From Phoronis australis (Eukaryota > Animalia > Phoronida): a stretch of 64,000 nt of DNA. The stretch covers positions 1,198,710-1,262,709 of the forward strand of contig NMRA01000026.1 in NCBI GenBank assembly GCA_002633005.1, in the 5' to 3' direction. Position numbers and translations under genes: made by a program. The notes under the pieces were generated by a model. That model made no database searches. It was not told the DNA's origin and saw nothing but the letters and a program-made list of their open reading frames with translations. Positions 12,574 through 25,400 of the stretch are shown here, piece by piece (within the stretch, counting starts at the first letter, position 1; the number at the start of each line of letters is the position of its first letter).

Positions 12574-13950
12574 AAACAGAATGTCTGTCTGACTCAAAGG
12601 TGGTTAATCACATGGGGTGGAACACATCACAAGAATTCTTATTTAATAATGGCAAATGATGCAGTTTAATCGCGAACACTGGCATACCTTCATGCACCGA
12701 TGGATGAATTAACCTACGAAATGCACCAACAAAAGATTTGGACAAATGTCAAGTCTTCAGCAAGCAAGTCATCTTGGAGTGTCCACCTTGGGGCAAATGT
12801 TCATGTTCAAATGGAAAAATCCTCTTATTTGATTGGTTCTGAATCAAAGCTTTCTGGTTTCATTTTGAGACATCTGGTATGCCAATGGCTGTAAATTGTC
12901 ACTTCTTGTACCAATTTATGATGTATGCCTTGGGTTTTCTCCATCAATGACAAAAGGTAGTATCTGTAAACTTCTTATTTATCCATTGTAAAAACTTCAT
13001 CTCTCGTATTCTGTCGGCCCACAGTGTGTGCTTGCTCTGGTCAGTTATTGACTGCTGCATGTCACTTAACATGTCCTGTTTTTCACTGTTTCACGAAGGT
13101 GTGGATGGCCATTTGTTAGTTGACTTTGGATGAGATGTGCTCATCTCTAATATGAAGGGAGTAATGTATTCCACTTTAATGGTTGAATCCTTACGTCTGC
13201 CTTTACGAGTAAGTAGGCTCATCTGCAGTACTTGTAGCTTCTCTTTTCTTCAAAAATGGTAGGTTTGCTTACTTATCTTTCTTTGCTTTCAATGTATGTC
13301 AATACATTTACTAGAAATTTGTTTGCAATTTGACTGAATCCTACTGTTAAAGGTTTAAGCTCCTCCGTGGAGCTCTTTTAATAGATAATAAATGTCTGAC
13401 ACCCCTGATTTTGAGTCAGTATCGTCTGAGCATTCTACTGTGACATTCCATGCCAGTATTATCCACAGTGCACTGAAATCTTATTTCATGGTTATGTTCT
13501 ATGGTATATACAGTACAAGCCAGGCAAAATGTTCCATAATTCCCTGTCATAACGACTGGCCACCTCTAATGTCTGAGAATAAGAGGGAATCAACAGGAAA
13601 AATAGTCAGGTGACTAAACGATCACTATACATTATTAGAATTTTGCAGCCCTAATAGTTATATCCAGAATTTATTTAACTGTCGTGATGGGAAACAATAT
13701 TTTATCTGTTTACTTTTGTCATAGTCTGTATTTGAAGCTGCTGTAGGTTCTACTGTCATAAATACCAACTTTTGATTGAAACCACTTACCGTTATGAAAT
13801 TGAACTCAAATTTTATTTGGTCAGATGTGATTTCTAGCTTAATAACAACTGGCTATATCATGATTTGTCAATTTTTATGCTGTATAATGGTATCTAGCAA
13901 TGACAGCAAACTGGTAGTTCTTCTTAACCTCACGAACCCCTTGTAATCTG

Positions 13951-13956
13951 AATAAA
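13951..13956 (+). promoter_or_regulatory. Probable EIF3D polyadenylation signal
   Basis: AATAAA about 1.4 kb after the stop codon at 12573, followed by T/GT-rich sequence. Confidence 0.5.
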
Positions 13957-16289
13957 TTCTAGGAACAAATTGATACTGATTTTATTTTCCTAATCAAAGG
14001 TTGATTTATTTGGTGGAACAGATTTATAATCATTTTAATCTGTTTTATGTACAGGTTTTATGGCAAAAACTACAGATATAGGATAGCATTGGACTTAGAG
14101 ATTTTATCAGAGTGAAATGAAATGCGACTTATCAGAAGAGCTAAGTGCATGAATTTGGAANGTCGAGTCACACAGAGTCGGTGAGCTCGGTCGGCCAAAA
14201 CTTCCAAGATGATGATATAGTTGATAAGAAGAAAATGCTCATTAGCAAAGAGTTATGCAATTGAGCGTGGTCGCGGTGTAACTTGCGCGAAAAAACCTTC
14301 CAAAGGAAAAACACGTCTTCCTCTAGAAGATAAGTCCGTGGAATGGTCCGCTTTGCGCATGTCCGTATCTCATGGTAGTACTCGGGGGAATTCTGGGAGG
14401 AATAAAACTACAGATATAGGATAGCATTGGACTTAGAGATTTTACCAGAGTGAAATGAAATGCGACTTATCAGAAGAGCTAAGTGCATGAATTTGGAACA
14501 ACTTTTTTTCATTTGGACTGCTACAGGAGGAAGTTTTTACTTGAACCCTCAGAATACATTGTTTTCTCAGTCAATTCTAGCGTTTGGCGATGTGAAAGCA
14601 CAAGCCTCATTAAGCCTCATCGCACATATGGCCAAATAGGTATACACAAAGCATTAGCATGGAAACAGGTTGTTATTTGTGGTACATAAGAGTCATGATA
14701 CTAAATAACAGCTTGTGAATTCAGTGAAGTCAATAAGCACAGATTTACTGACAAATCCTGACTGAAATACTTGACAGGCATTGACATCGCCTGTGGCCGC
14801 CAACCGAGAGGTTAGATGTTGTCTAAACTGAATCGTGGGAATCATTGTGACAGCACCTGCCTTCAAGTTAGGCTTGGGCTTTTTAGTCAAGGCCGAGAAT
14901 TTTGAATAAATATTAACATCTTCAATATTTAATACTGTAGAGTTGAATTATAACTAGGGATTAGACATTTTAACAGGATTCGTGTGTTGCCAGCTAAAAT
15001 AATGGCCAAACATGCAAATAATCACTCCCTGGAAGCAGCCATACATGAAGTTGTGCTCTGTTAGTATGTGGCCATGCTTTTGATTGTATAGTGTAAACCA
15101 TGTTAGCCAAACATTAATCTATGCGAAGGGTGCTTCCGTAACGACCTGTTTTGTTACGCCATTATCATAAGGCAAGCTTGAACAGAATAATTCCAAATTG
15201 AAACATTAATAATTTTAGCAATTTTGAGCTTGACAAAAAACCCCAACAGTGATCAGTGATGGTTTTGGGTGACTGCTGTTTTACCATGACAGACTGGTAA
15301 AACTTTATTAAAAATATCAAGTTTTGGCTTGCTGACTAAAGGGAAACTTTCAAAAGCAGAAATGGTCACTTGGCATTGTTTTTGATTACCCCAGAGTACA
15401 AAATAATTACTGCTATGTTTGTCTCAAAATACGACATGTGGTTTCATGAGCAGACATTCTTACAGGATCTGTATAAGATAATGAACAATTGTCTTCGTAG
15501 GCTAGGAACCAGTTAGACAATTGCTCTTCCTTCTCGTACTGGTTCCTAGTCTTATGCTACAATAGCAGAGATTAGACTGTTCTGTTCCATTGCTCACTGA
15601 CATTACATCGAAGGCTGGGCGTCCCGACCATCACAAATGCACATATTGGTCTTCTCATCTCAATAATTCTCTTATACTTATGTCAGCTGGTAACGACAAC
15701 GCCTTTATAACTTCACCTTCCGAGTATCAACTCAAGTCATATTCCAAAAAAGGCAACTAATACAATTAAGAACTCGACTGACAGTGTATTTTCGGTTTGC
15801 ACGAAGCCGACTGTGCGCTGGGGGCTGGAAAGAGGCTAGCCTAGTGTAGGCACACGCAGTAAATGCAGTTTGGTCGCGATCGCTTCAGCGCGCAGTCAGT
15901 GACCTTGCAGTCGTGCGTTGTTAAAAGTAACCCGTATCATATGAGGGTTAACATGTGTGGTTATTCTAGTATAAATTATAAATATCGATAACGCAAGTCC
16001 ATTCATAAATTAACTGTTAGCGGATAGGCGCAATAAAGTCAACTTTATCTCCGACGAAAGTTCTGCAAAAACGGTACTTTTGCGATTCAGGTTCGATTTT
16101 TTTTTAATTATTTGGCACTTAAAAGTGCCAAATAATTTTGGCAAGAAGTTCATCTTAAGTTAGCTGTCTGACAGAGTTCTGTCAAAATTTATTTTGAAAT
16201 TTACTGTACAGGTCCATGAACGGATAAAGCGAGGGTACCTATAAAGAAGACCTGCTAAACCCGAACATCCCAAGTTTTTCGCCGAGAAA

Positions 16290-17560
16290 CTATTCTAAAC
16301 AACGCCATATTCAAGAAAGTTTTATTTGTAGGCCTATATGCAACTATCCCATGTGCACAGTATTGAATTAGTGGTGAAGATGGTCCATACTGAAGCAGAG
16401 GTCACAAATTATTAGGTAAATTTTAAAAGCGGTGCAAGAAGGGCCCACGCCATCAGAATCCTCTGTCAAAACATTTTAAAACGTCTTCGTGCTCATGGTT
16501 TATTGGGCATTACAGATGGGTTGTCTGTTGACGCCAAGATTCAAATGGAGAAGTGGAACGGTGGTATTTCGAACATTAGACTAAGTAACGGAAGATTAGG
16601 CCCCAGCAAGTGCAGCCAAGTTCCACCTCGAAATTCATAAATGTCAGGCACCGTGCTTCACTGTTCTTTGGAGAGGGAAAACTGACGACCCTCATGCGCT
16701 TAAAAGAGAACATTCCAAAGTTCGACCGGGTATTGAAGGAGTCTGGTGCTACCCACGATGAACTTCGGGAAACCCCTAGTGCTTTCTTGTTGCTGTACCT
16801 CTGTATCGTCGGAAGAGTTTTCAAACAGTGAACGAAGTCCGAGTCCACTTTTACTGTGTGCGAAAGATTCCTCCACCAAATGCTTCCAAAGTCCACTTGC
16901 ACGTCCTCTGCAGCGAAAGGCGACTGTCCACTAACATACGACATAAAAAATGAAAGTTTCGTGCGAGTCGGACGAAAATTGCGACCTGTAAAGTGCGAAC
17001 AAAAAAAAAACTGACGACAGAGCAACATACTCGAATTCCGCCAAGTAATAAACGTAACACCAACTTTGCGTGTTTGTAACACAGGCCACTTTAACAACAC
17101 TCCAGTCTCTCTCTGGCTCAAAATTGAAGTACGTAAATAGTTCAGCTAGTGTGCAGAAAGACAGACATGCAGCTACATACGCTGCAGTTGCAACAACGCT
17201 AGCCCGTCCAGCTCGCCGGGCTATAACAAGTGAGACACAGTGGCGTTCTGGTCCATAACGTACACCAGAAAACAGACATAGCCTGAAGAAAGTGAAAGAC
17301 AAGGCGAAGATGTTAATGACGACCAGGTATGCACCTGTCGTTAATACGTGTGCGTTAAGATTACAGATGTATAAATCCAAATTCAAAGTCTTGCAATTAC
17401 CTTCATCGTACGTGTTTATGCAAACTGAACTTGCATATAAATTAGAAGTTAATTGCAAAAACTCACCAGCATAACAACACGCGAATGCATTGATACATAA
17501 ATATTTAATTCGATAGTTATGCGGTAAGGTCAGGGTCCATTATTTGCAATAATGTGACCA
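16290..17560 (-). pseudogene. Decayed intronless multi-TM gene, probably a class A (rhodopsin-like) GPCR remnant, copy 1
   Basis: Hydrophobic segments in GPCR-like order across frameshifts: ERHC (DRY-like), RASVVATAAYVAACLSFCTLAELF (TM4-like), YVYYLAEFEYVALSSVFF (TM5-like), LLSLMFEIP (TM6-like), IQYCAHGIVAY..NKTF (TM7/helix 8-like). Several stops and frameshifts. Confidence 0.35.
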
Positions 17561-18653
17561 TAGGCCTACATGTAACATGTGCAAACTACAGACACTGTAT
17601 ACCCTACACATGTATTATAGGTACTGATCTTATGACTTCGGTTATTGAGATTTTGTGAGGATATCCAATACCAGTATTCAACTTTCCTTTAACCCACGTT
17701 ATAGTTTCCCTGAGAAAACTGTACAGTAATATAGCAGGGTCGACTTTTTGGCAAGAAATAAAATGTTCATCGATGATGAATTCTTAACCGAAGCGCTTTG
17801 AGGTTTAAAAACATTACCAATGAAGATTATTCTATCGCCAATTGTTGCCGAATGGACCGGCAACTCATTTCACCAATTTGCAACTGAATTCAAGAGTTGC
17901 CAACTTCAATAAATTCTNTGCTACAATAGCAGAGATTAGACTGTTCTGTTCCATTGCTCATTGACATGACATCGAAGGCTGGGCGTCCCGACCATCACAA
18001 ATGCACATATTGGTCTTCTCATCTCAATAATTCTCTTATACTTATGTCAGCTGGTAACGACAACGCCTTTATAACTTCACCTTCCGAGTATCAACTCAAG
18101 TCATATTCCAAATAAGGCAACTAATACAATTAAGAACTCGACTGACAGTGTATTTTCGGTTTGCACGAAGCCGACTGTGCGCTGGGGGCTGGAAAGAGGC
18201 TAGCCTAGTGTAGGCACACGCAGTAAATGCAGTTTGGTCGCGATCGCTTCAGCGCGCAGTCAGTGACCTTGCAGTCGTGCGTTGTTAAAAGTAACCCGTA
18301 TCATATGAGGGTTAACATGTGTGGTTATTCTAGTATAAATTATAAATATCGATAACGCAAGTCCATTCATAAATTAACTGTTAGCGGATAGGCGCAATAA
18401 AGTCAACTTTATCTCCGACGAAAGTTCTGCAAAAACGGTACTTTTGCGATTCAGGTTCGATTTTTTTTTAATTATTTGGCACTTAAAAGTGCCAAATAAT
18501 TTTGGCAAGAAGTTCATCTTAAGTTAGCTGTCTGACAGAGTTCTGTCAAAATTTATTTTGAAATTTACTGTACAGGTCCATGAACGGATAAAGCGAGGGT
18601 ACCTATAAAGAAGACCTGCTAAACCCGAACATCCCAAGTTTTTCGCCGAGAAA

Positions 18654-19900
18654 CTATTCTAAACAACGCCATATTCAAGAAAGTTTTATTTGTAGGCCTA
18701 TATGCAACTATCCCATGTGCACAGTATTGAATTAGTGGTGAAGATGGTCCATACTGAAGCAGAGGTCACAAATTATTAGGTAAATTTTAAAAGCGGTGCA
18801 AGAAGGGCCCACGCCATCAGAATCCTCTGTCAAAACATTTTAAAACGTCTTCGTGCTCATGGTTTATTGGGCATTACAGATGGGTTGTCTGTTGACGCCA
18901 AGATTCAAATGGAGAAGTGGAACGGTGGTATTTCGGACATTAGACTAAGTAACGGAAGATTAGGCCCCAGCAAGTGCAGCCAAGTTCCACCTCGAAATTC
19001 ATAAATGTCAGGCACCGTGCTTCACTGTTCTTTGGAGAGGGAAAACTGACGACCCTCATGTGCTTAAAAGAGAACATTCCAAAGTTCGACCGGGTATTGA
19101 AGGAGTCTGGTGCTACTCACGATGAACTTCGGGAAACTCCTAGTGCTTTCTTGTTGCTGTACCTCTGTATCGTCGGAAGAGTTTTCAAACAGTGAACGAA
19201 GTCCGAGTCCACTTTTACTGTGTGCGAAAGATTCCTCCACCAAATGCTTCCAAAGTCCACTTGCACGTCCTCTGCAGCGGAAGGCGACTGTCCACTAACA
19301 TACGACATAAAAAATGAAAGTTTCGTGCGAGTCGGACGAAAATTGCGACCTGTAAAGTGCGAACAAAAAAAAACTGACGACAGAGCAACATACTCGAATT
19401 CCGCCAAGTGATAAACGTAATACCAACTTTGGGTGTTTGTAACAGCACTCCAGCCTCTCTCTGGCTCAAAATTGAAGTACGTAAATAGTTCAGCTAGTGT
19501 GCAGAAAGACAGACATGCAGCTACATACGCTGCAGTTGCAACAACGCTAGCCCGTCCAGCTCGCCGGGCTATAACAAGTGAGACACAGTGGCGTTCTGGT
19601 CCATAACGTACACCAGAAAACAGACATAGCCTGAAGAAAGTGAAAGACAAGGCGAAGATGTTAATGACGACCAGGTATGCACCTGTCGTTAATACGTGTG
19701 CGTTAAGATTACAGATGCATAAATCCAAATTCAAAGTCTTGCAATTACCTTCATCGTACGTGTTTATGCAAACTGAGCTTGCATATAAATTAGAAGTTAA
19801 TTGCAAAATCTCACCAGCATAACAACACGCGAATGCATTGATACATAAATATTTAATTCGATAGTTATGCGGTAAGGTCAGGGTCCACTATTTGCATTTC
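18654..19900 (-). pseudogene. Second copy (or allele) of the GPCR-like remnant
   Basis: 229-aa ORF 19117-19806 in the duplicated block. It lacks the poly-T frameshift of copy 1 but has a TGA where copy 1 has TGG. Confidence 0.35.
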
Positions 19901-21170
19901 ATTTATAAAAACAGAACAATAATGTGACCATAGGCCTACATGTAACATGTGCAAACTACAGACACTGTATACCCTACACATGTATTACAGGTACTGATCT
20001 TATGACTTCGGTTATTGAGATTTTGTGAGGATATCCCGGCCAATACCAGTATTCAACTTTCCTTTAACCCACGTTATAGTTTCCCTGAGAAAACTGTACA
20101 GTAATATAGCAGGGTCGACTTTTTGGCAAGAAATAAAATGTTCATCGATGAAGAATTCTTAACCGAAGCGCTTTGAGGTTTAAAAACATTACCAATGAAG
20201 ATTATTCTATCGCCAATTGTTGCCGAATGGACCGGCAACTCATTTCACCAATTTGCAACTGAATTCTAGAGTTGCCAACTTCAATAAATTCTCGGCTGAA
20301 GCCTTTTCTCTTGACTCGTGCATGAAAACCTGTTTCAAACACAACTCTGTGTTTGGTTAAATCACGTGGGTAGATCTGCAAGATACATCTATTCACTATG
20401 CTGTCTAACTCTCAACTGAAAACTTGTTTGTCAGAACTAAAGATCATATGCTCATGAGTCATAATCAGATTTCAGAGAATTGTTTTGCACAACTTACACA
20501 ATCTATGATTCTAGCTACCAGTGCCATATAAGGTTATGTTTTGGACTCTGCAATTATAGTGAAAACCACGAACATAACAACTCGTTAGAATTTTATTACG
20601 ATGGGGAATGTTAAGAAACCGATTATGCTTAATTCGATTTTTGTTTTTACCTCTGCGATATACAGAGCGAAATGCAGCTTTTAAAATAGTGGATCAAAGA
20701 AGTTAAATGTATGTTTAATGGCCCGATAATTTCCATCAATTTAAACTGAGTGATATTTCTGTCCGTCGCCGAGAGACTAATTTTACATCAAATGCAAGAC
20801 TTAAAGCTTTTGCTTATTAACAGGACGATTTGTAATCTCCCGCATGTTCTCACTATGGCAACTGAATGCAGTACGTTGACTAATTCTGGCGTAATCGTTG
20901 ACGGTACATATGACAGACAGTGCTGCCAACAGACAACTGAGCACGCATCACCTTCCTGAAGTTAGAAACGGCAAACTTGCGTTTCATTCTTGTCAGAAAG
21001 GGTACGTCCCTGAACCGGCATGTGTTATGCGCGTGACAGCAAAAACGAACTTTAACCAAAATTCATTAATGGAAGACTGATCCTTGAGCATGCCTTCACA
21101 CTTTTTTTAAGATTATAGCAAAACTTTGATGACACGTGTTGTTCTCTTGTCATTTTGAAACGCTTGCAAC

Positions 21171-22460
21171 TTATTTTCTAGCATGTCTCGTATAGTAGTG
21201 AATAGTTGTGTCCACAACAGTACTTGAATGAAAGTCGTCGACGGCGACTAAGTTAATCAAATACTCGTCGGGGTGGGCAAGAAATGTGCGAAATGCGGCA
21301 TTGACACCTTGGGATCCATCAGTCCCTAGGTTGGACTGTCGCGCCAACTGAAGGAGATTTGAAGGTGCCTGTCGTAGGCACAGCAGACTTTCCATGAAGC
21401 CAATCTGGATGATTGAAAGAATGAAGCAAGTAAAACACAAAATGTAAGTCCCATTCCTGCCAGGTGAATGTAAACATGTTTTGTGTAATATCTTCAATGC
21501 GTTCATGTTGAGTAAGCACATGCCGAAAATTACGAACAACATTGCAAGTTTGCTCCTCAGAATCACCTTAGAGATTAACGGAAAGCCTTGAGTTACGAAA
21601 AGACGAACCCGCGATAACTTTTTAGTCATTCCATGTTCTTGACGAATCTCTCTGAACTCGTGTTCGCGACTCGCTAGCAGAGCTAAAGTGTTGTATTTTG
21701 GCACGAACGGTCTGTCCAAACTCGTACTTGAAGCATTGTGCGTATACACAAACCATCCATTGTGATGTCTATGATCGACTCGATCAAGAACAATTATTAC
21801 AACGTTTCTCCTGGATTTCCAAACGGTCGATAAAGTTGCATTCGGCGAAATAATAATATCTTTAGAAATTAAGATCTTTTGAAATTTTAGGAAGATTTTG
21901 TCACTCAGTGTTGCCCAGTCGTTTTCAGGCATTGTGTAAAAGACTTGAGATATGTCTCCAGGTGAATAAAGATGACTTATTTCTAGAAATATTATCTCTT
22001 TAGGATGACGTCTCGCAAATCGAAGAATTTCGTCCAAGCCTTCACTTATTTCTGCCCCCGCCACTCCGTGCCACCAATGGAACGTCTTGTTTATTGTTGC
22101 TATACGAAGATCCAAGTACCGGAAGCCAGCTTGCAATTGTTCTGTCAGCGCACCATTTTGGTTGCGGCACCAGTCGACAACAAACTCTCCCATACCAAAC
22201 GTAACTGCGAATCGAGTAAAAAAATAGTTTTCAATTATTGACGTTGATGTTTTGGCGTCTATAGAATACGACGCACTATTGTGCGTCCCCGGAACGATCA
22301 ATTCACTGAGTGCAACATCTTTCATCTGACTTTCTAGATTAGTCATCCAGCAACACTTTGTATCGTTGTACTTCCATTCCGCTATGTTAACACACAAAAC
22401 AGAAATTGTCAATGTTCGTAACATTGTCGACACCAACACAGCTGTAATTGTAAGTCTCAT
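21171..22460 (-). CDS. Single-exon PI-PLC X-domain-containing protein (PLCXD-like) with an N-terminal hydrophobic signal/anchor and two internal TM segments
   Basis: Uninterrupted 429-aa ORF from ATG 22460. Motifs WM...LSELIVPGTHNS, NQ..LTEQLQAGFRYLDLR, HWWHG (both catalytic-type His present), RHPKEIIFLEISH and C-terminal INLVAVDDF. Minus-strand AATAAA at ~20592-20597. Confidence 0.88.
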   Translation of the reverse strand: MRLTITAVLVSTMLRTLTISVLCVNIAEWKYNDTKCCWMTNLESQMKDVALSELIVPGTHNSASYSIDAKTSTSIIENYFFTRFAVTFGMGEFVVDWCRNQNGALTEQLQAGFRYLDLRIATINKTFHWWHGVAGAEISEGLDEILRFARRHPKEIIFLEISHLYSPGDISQVFYTMPENDWATLSDKIFLKFQKILISKDIIISPNATLSTVWKSRRNVVIIVLDRVDHRHHNGWFVYTHNASSTSLDRPFVPKYNTLALLASREHEFREIRQEHGMTKKLSRVRLFVTQGFPLISKVILRSKLAMLFVIFGMCLLNMNALKILHKTCLHSPGRNGTYILCFTCFILSIIQIGFMESLLCLRQAPSNLLQLARQSNLGTDGSQGVNAAFRTFLAHPDEYLINLVAVDDFHSSTVVDTTIHYYTRHARK

Positions 22461-25400
22461 GTCGTTCACACACTGAAAAAACTGCTAGTTTTTAGGTCGC
22501 CAGCCGAGTCATGCGAACTCACAAGCAGTATCAGTGATATCTAGAGAAGTGACCCCAATGCAATGAATACACCCGTAGAACAGAACACATGCATGTTTTC
22601 TCTGCAAATTGTCACTGTACACATCCCCTAGAACAGATTTGTTGAAACAGCAATTTATTTGCAACAAGCCAAGTACCTATCTCAAAAGCAGATTAGCTAC
22701 AAAATTGCGAGCCCGACTCCTAGTACCAGTAGAACTGCCATTAACAATTCTAATGGTGTAAGTGACGACGTTTGCGAATAAAATGCAGATGGAAATTTGT
22801 ACAATTTGTAAAGCAGCATAACTAAAATAGAATAGAAGGTTGAGATACAACAAGAATACAGAACGATATCTCAATCGCGTCGAGAAGTTTCCCAAAATCA
22901 AACCATGCGTTAGATTGCTCTTCTCATAAACAGTTCTCTTTAAATTTGTTAGTTCTGTTGTATCCTCGCTTCTCTCTGAAGATGGTATACGATATGAATG
23001 AGAATGAGAGTCATCATTGTTTTGAATTTGACACTTGTTGATAATCAAGAAAACTGTTTTTATGCGGCAGTATAATACAAATTCGAAACTAGTAAGTAAA
23101 TTTAATTATCCTAAATATAAAATGAAGTTTAAAATTACTGATCATCATATAAATATGCGTTTTTTATAATAAAGACTTGCCCTAAATTTGTAGACTTATT
23201 GTCTAAGGGTGATGTTTTAAAAGTATTAGTAACAGGACTTCAATATCTTCTTATAACAAAGTGTGAAGCAAACAAATGTCCGGGAGTCTGGTTTAGTTGA
23301 CAGCATCGTCTTGTCGTGGCATTCGTACTGGAATCCAAAACACCCGTGCTGTCTTGCAGTGAGAAGGCAGACATTAAATTACATAAAATTTAGGATTGTG
23401 ATTTAGGAATATGTAGAGGTAATAAAATTACCAAATGTTGGTCTCATTAGTGTTTAGTTTGATTAGCTTTTTATTTACCTTTTACTTGAAGGTCTTTTTC
23501 AATTTTAAAGAGAGGCGTTAAAATAAGGTCGCATCACAGTTCACGCAGACACAATTATGAATTTCTTGATCCACGACAGCATTTTTCAAGGTTTAGAAAA
23601 CATTTCGGCCAATATTTGTTCCTCTTCAATGTCACAGCTGTTCTTCTGGTCTCCAATAATTTCGCCTTTCGTTTCTAAATGCTGGTTCAATCTCCTCGAA
23701 GCTCAGTAGAAAAAAGGCTCTTTCCAAAAGACTGCAAGATCAAGGCTCTTATTTTGTCAAAAATATGTAAAATGAGACAATGTTATCATTTGCTATGAAA
23801 TCATTTCATACAAGTCATCCAAGGCACAGAAAAACACAAGAGTGATTACAGATGTGACAAAAATGTTTCATAAAATATGTCACGGGTTGCTACTACTTAA
23901 AAATTCTCATCATCTTCTGCAAGTTTGAAATTAAAAATAAGGTCTAAGGTTATTTTATTAGCTGATAATTTCATGGGTGTGACGGACGTACGTGGCGGAC
24001 GTACAAATTTTCCGTACGTCTGTCACCTGACTTCTTACTTAACAAATAATCCCTGAGGTCTAAAATTTCGGTCAATAGTATTGAGAAACAAGTTAAAAGA
24101 GAATCTGAATTATTTTACTTTTGATTGAAAACTTTTGACATAAGGAAACTTTTTTGACGCACGTACGGCACCACGAGTTGACCTTTGAGCCCAAGAGGTC
24201 GACGATGTGCTACGGCCGGGGTCAAATGATATTTTTTAGAAAGTTTAGGCTTCATGTGATTGCACAAACTTGATAATATAGTGAAATACTCATTATTAGC
24301 TTATTTATGACGATAATTAGCAACACTTAAAAATTGGGGTAATTTTTAGGGTCAAGTGACCTCCAAAAATGGGTCCGTTTAGGAAAAGTTGACAGTTAAA
24401 GAAAATTCAAATATGCGTCCTGAAACCAGAGAGATTAGGCTTTCAGACGACACCTGAAATGTTGATCTAGTCACCATATTTTTGTCTCTAAGTTGACCTT
24501 TTCACGGAATTGCCCATATATAATACTACATGGTATATCGGCAGTAGGTTTTCCACTGGTGCTTCACTTCAGCCGTCCATATCAAACACAAATCTCAATA
24601 TATTTGCACAAAGGAGGTATTCAACACACCACGGACAATTTTGTCCTCATAACATTCACTAGCGTCCTTTTACATGGTTTGTTGCATCCCTGTTTTGAGT
24701 AAATTTATTAAGATTTGCAGGGACGGATTCAAGATTTTGAGTAAGGGAGGCCAGGACAGAGTATTAACCAGGATTTCGCCGGTCACATTGGCACTCCCGA
24801 ACTGTCAAATGTAGTCTGGTAGAATTTTAGGAGGCCCCCTCTAAATTCGCCGCTGACTTGTGTTTGATATGGATAGCTGAAGTATAGCATCTGTGGAATT
24901 CCTAGTCCCCGAATGCCATACCTTGAAGTATTATATGGAGAGTATCTTATGTGGTGCATTGGGGATGGCCAAGAGACGAGGACGCATAACTATTCGCTTT
25001 ATCCGTCATTTGCATTTTCCACCTAGCGGTAAACTCATGAACTAAAGGATTCACTTGGCTCGTTGCATTGGCTAGCATTTGTGTCACTCACAATATGACG
25101 TCATTATTGGTCAAAATCCGAGAGTACAAGATGGCAGACAATTTGATATGTCGCTTAGTTAGGGAAATGCAGGAGAAATATAACCAAGTGAGACCGTTTA
25201 TGGTTCTCTAAGTAACCTAAGGGAATTCGATTTGGTCAGTACCGTGCAATACAAACAACAAGTATTTTCCCACATTCTTCTGATGTGCCCATTTCATAGA
25301 TTTGCGAAGAAATCGACGGGCCCAGCACAGCACTGTTTGGGCTGAGTATTGGCTACTTGCAACATCTCCGACTATCTTCATCACGGACCTCGAAGGTGCT

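Larger units (their letters stand above)
15555..20292. repeat. 2.36-kb near-identical tandem duplication (15555-17917 and 17919-20292) joined at an N
   Basis: Both copies begin TGCTACAATAGCAGAG and end CAATAAATTCT; they differ only by SNPs and small indels; the junction is the N at 17918. Confidence 0.9.

Noticed and set aside
22677-23048. 123-aa minus-strand ORF with a hydrophobic stretch upstream of PLCXD
   Set aside because: Non-ATG start, AT-rich, no recognisable family and no clear splice link to the PLCXD exon.
23960-24516. DNA-transposon-like stretch ending CACGGAATTGCCC
   Set aside because: Probably a repeat, but I could not find the matching left terminus or a TSD.
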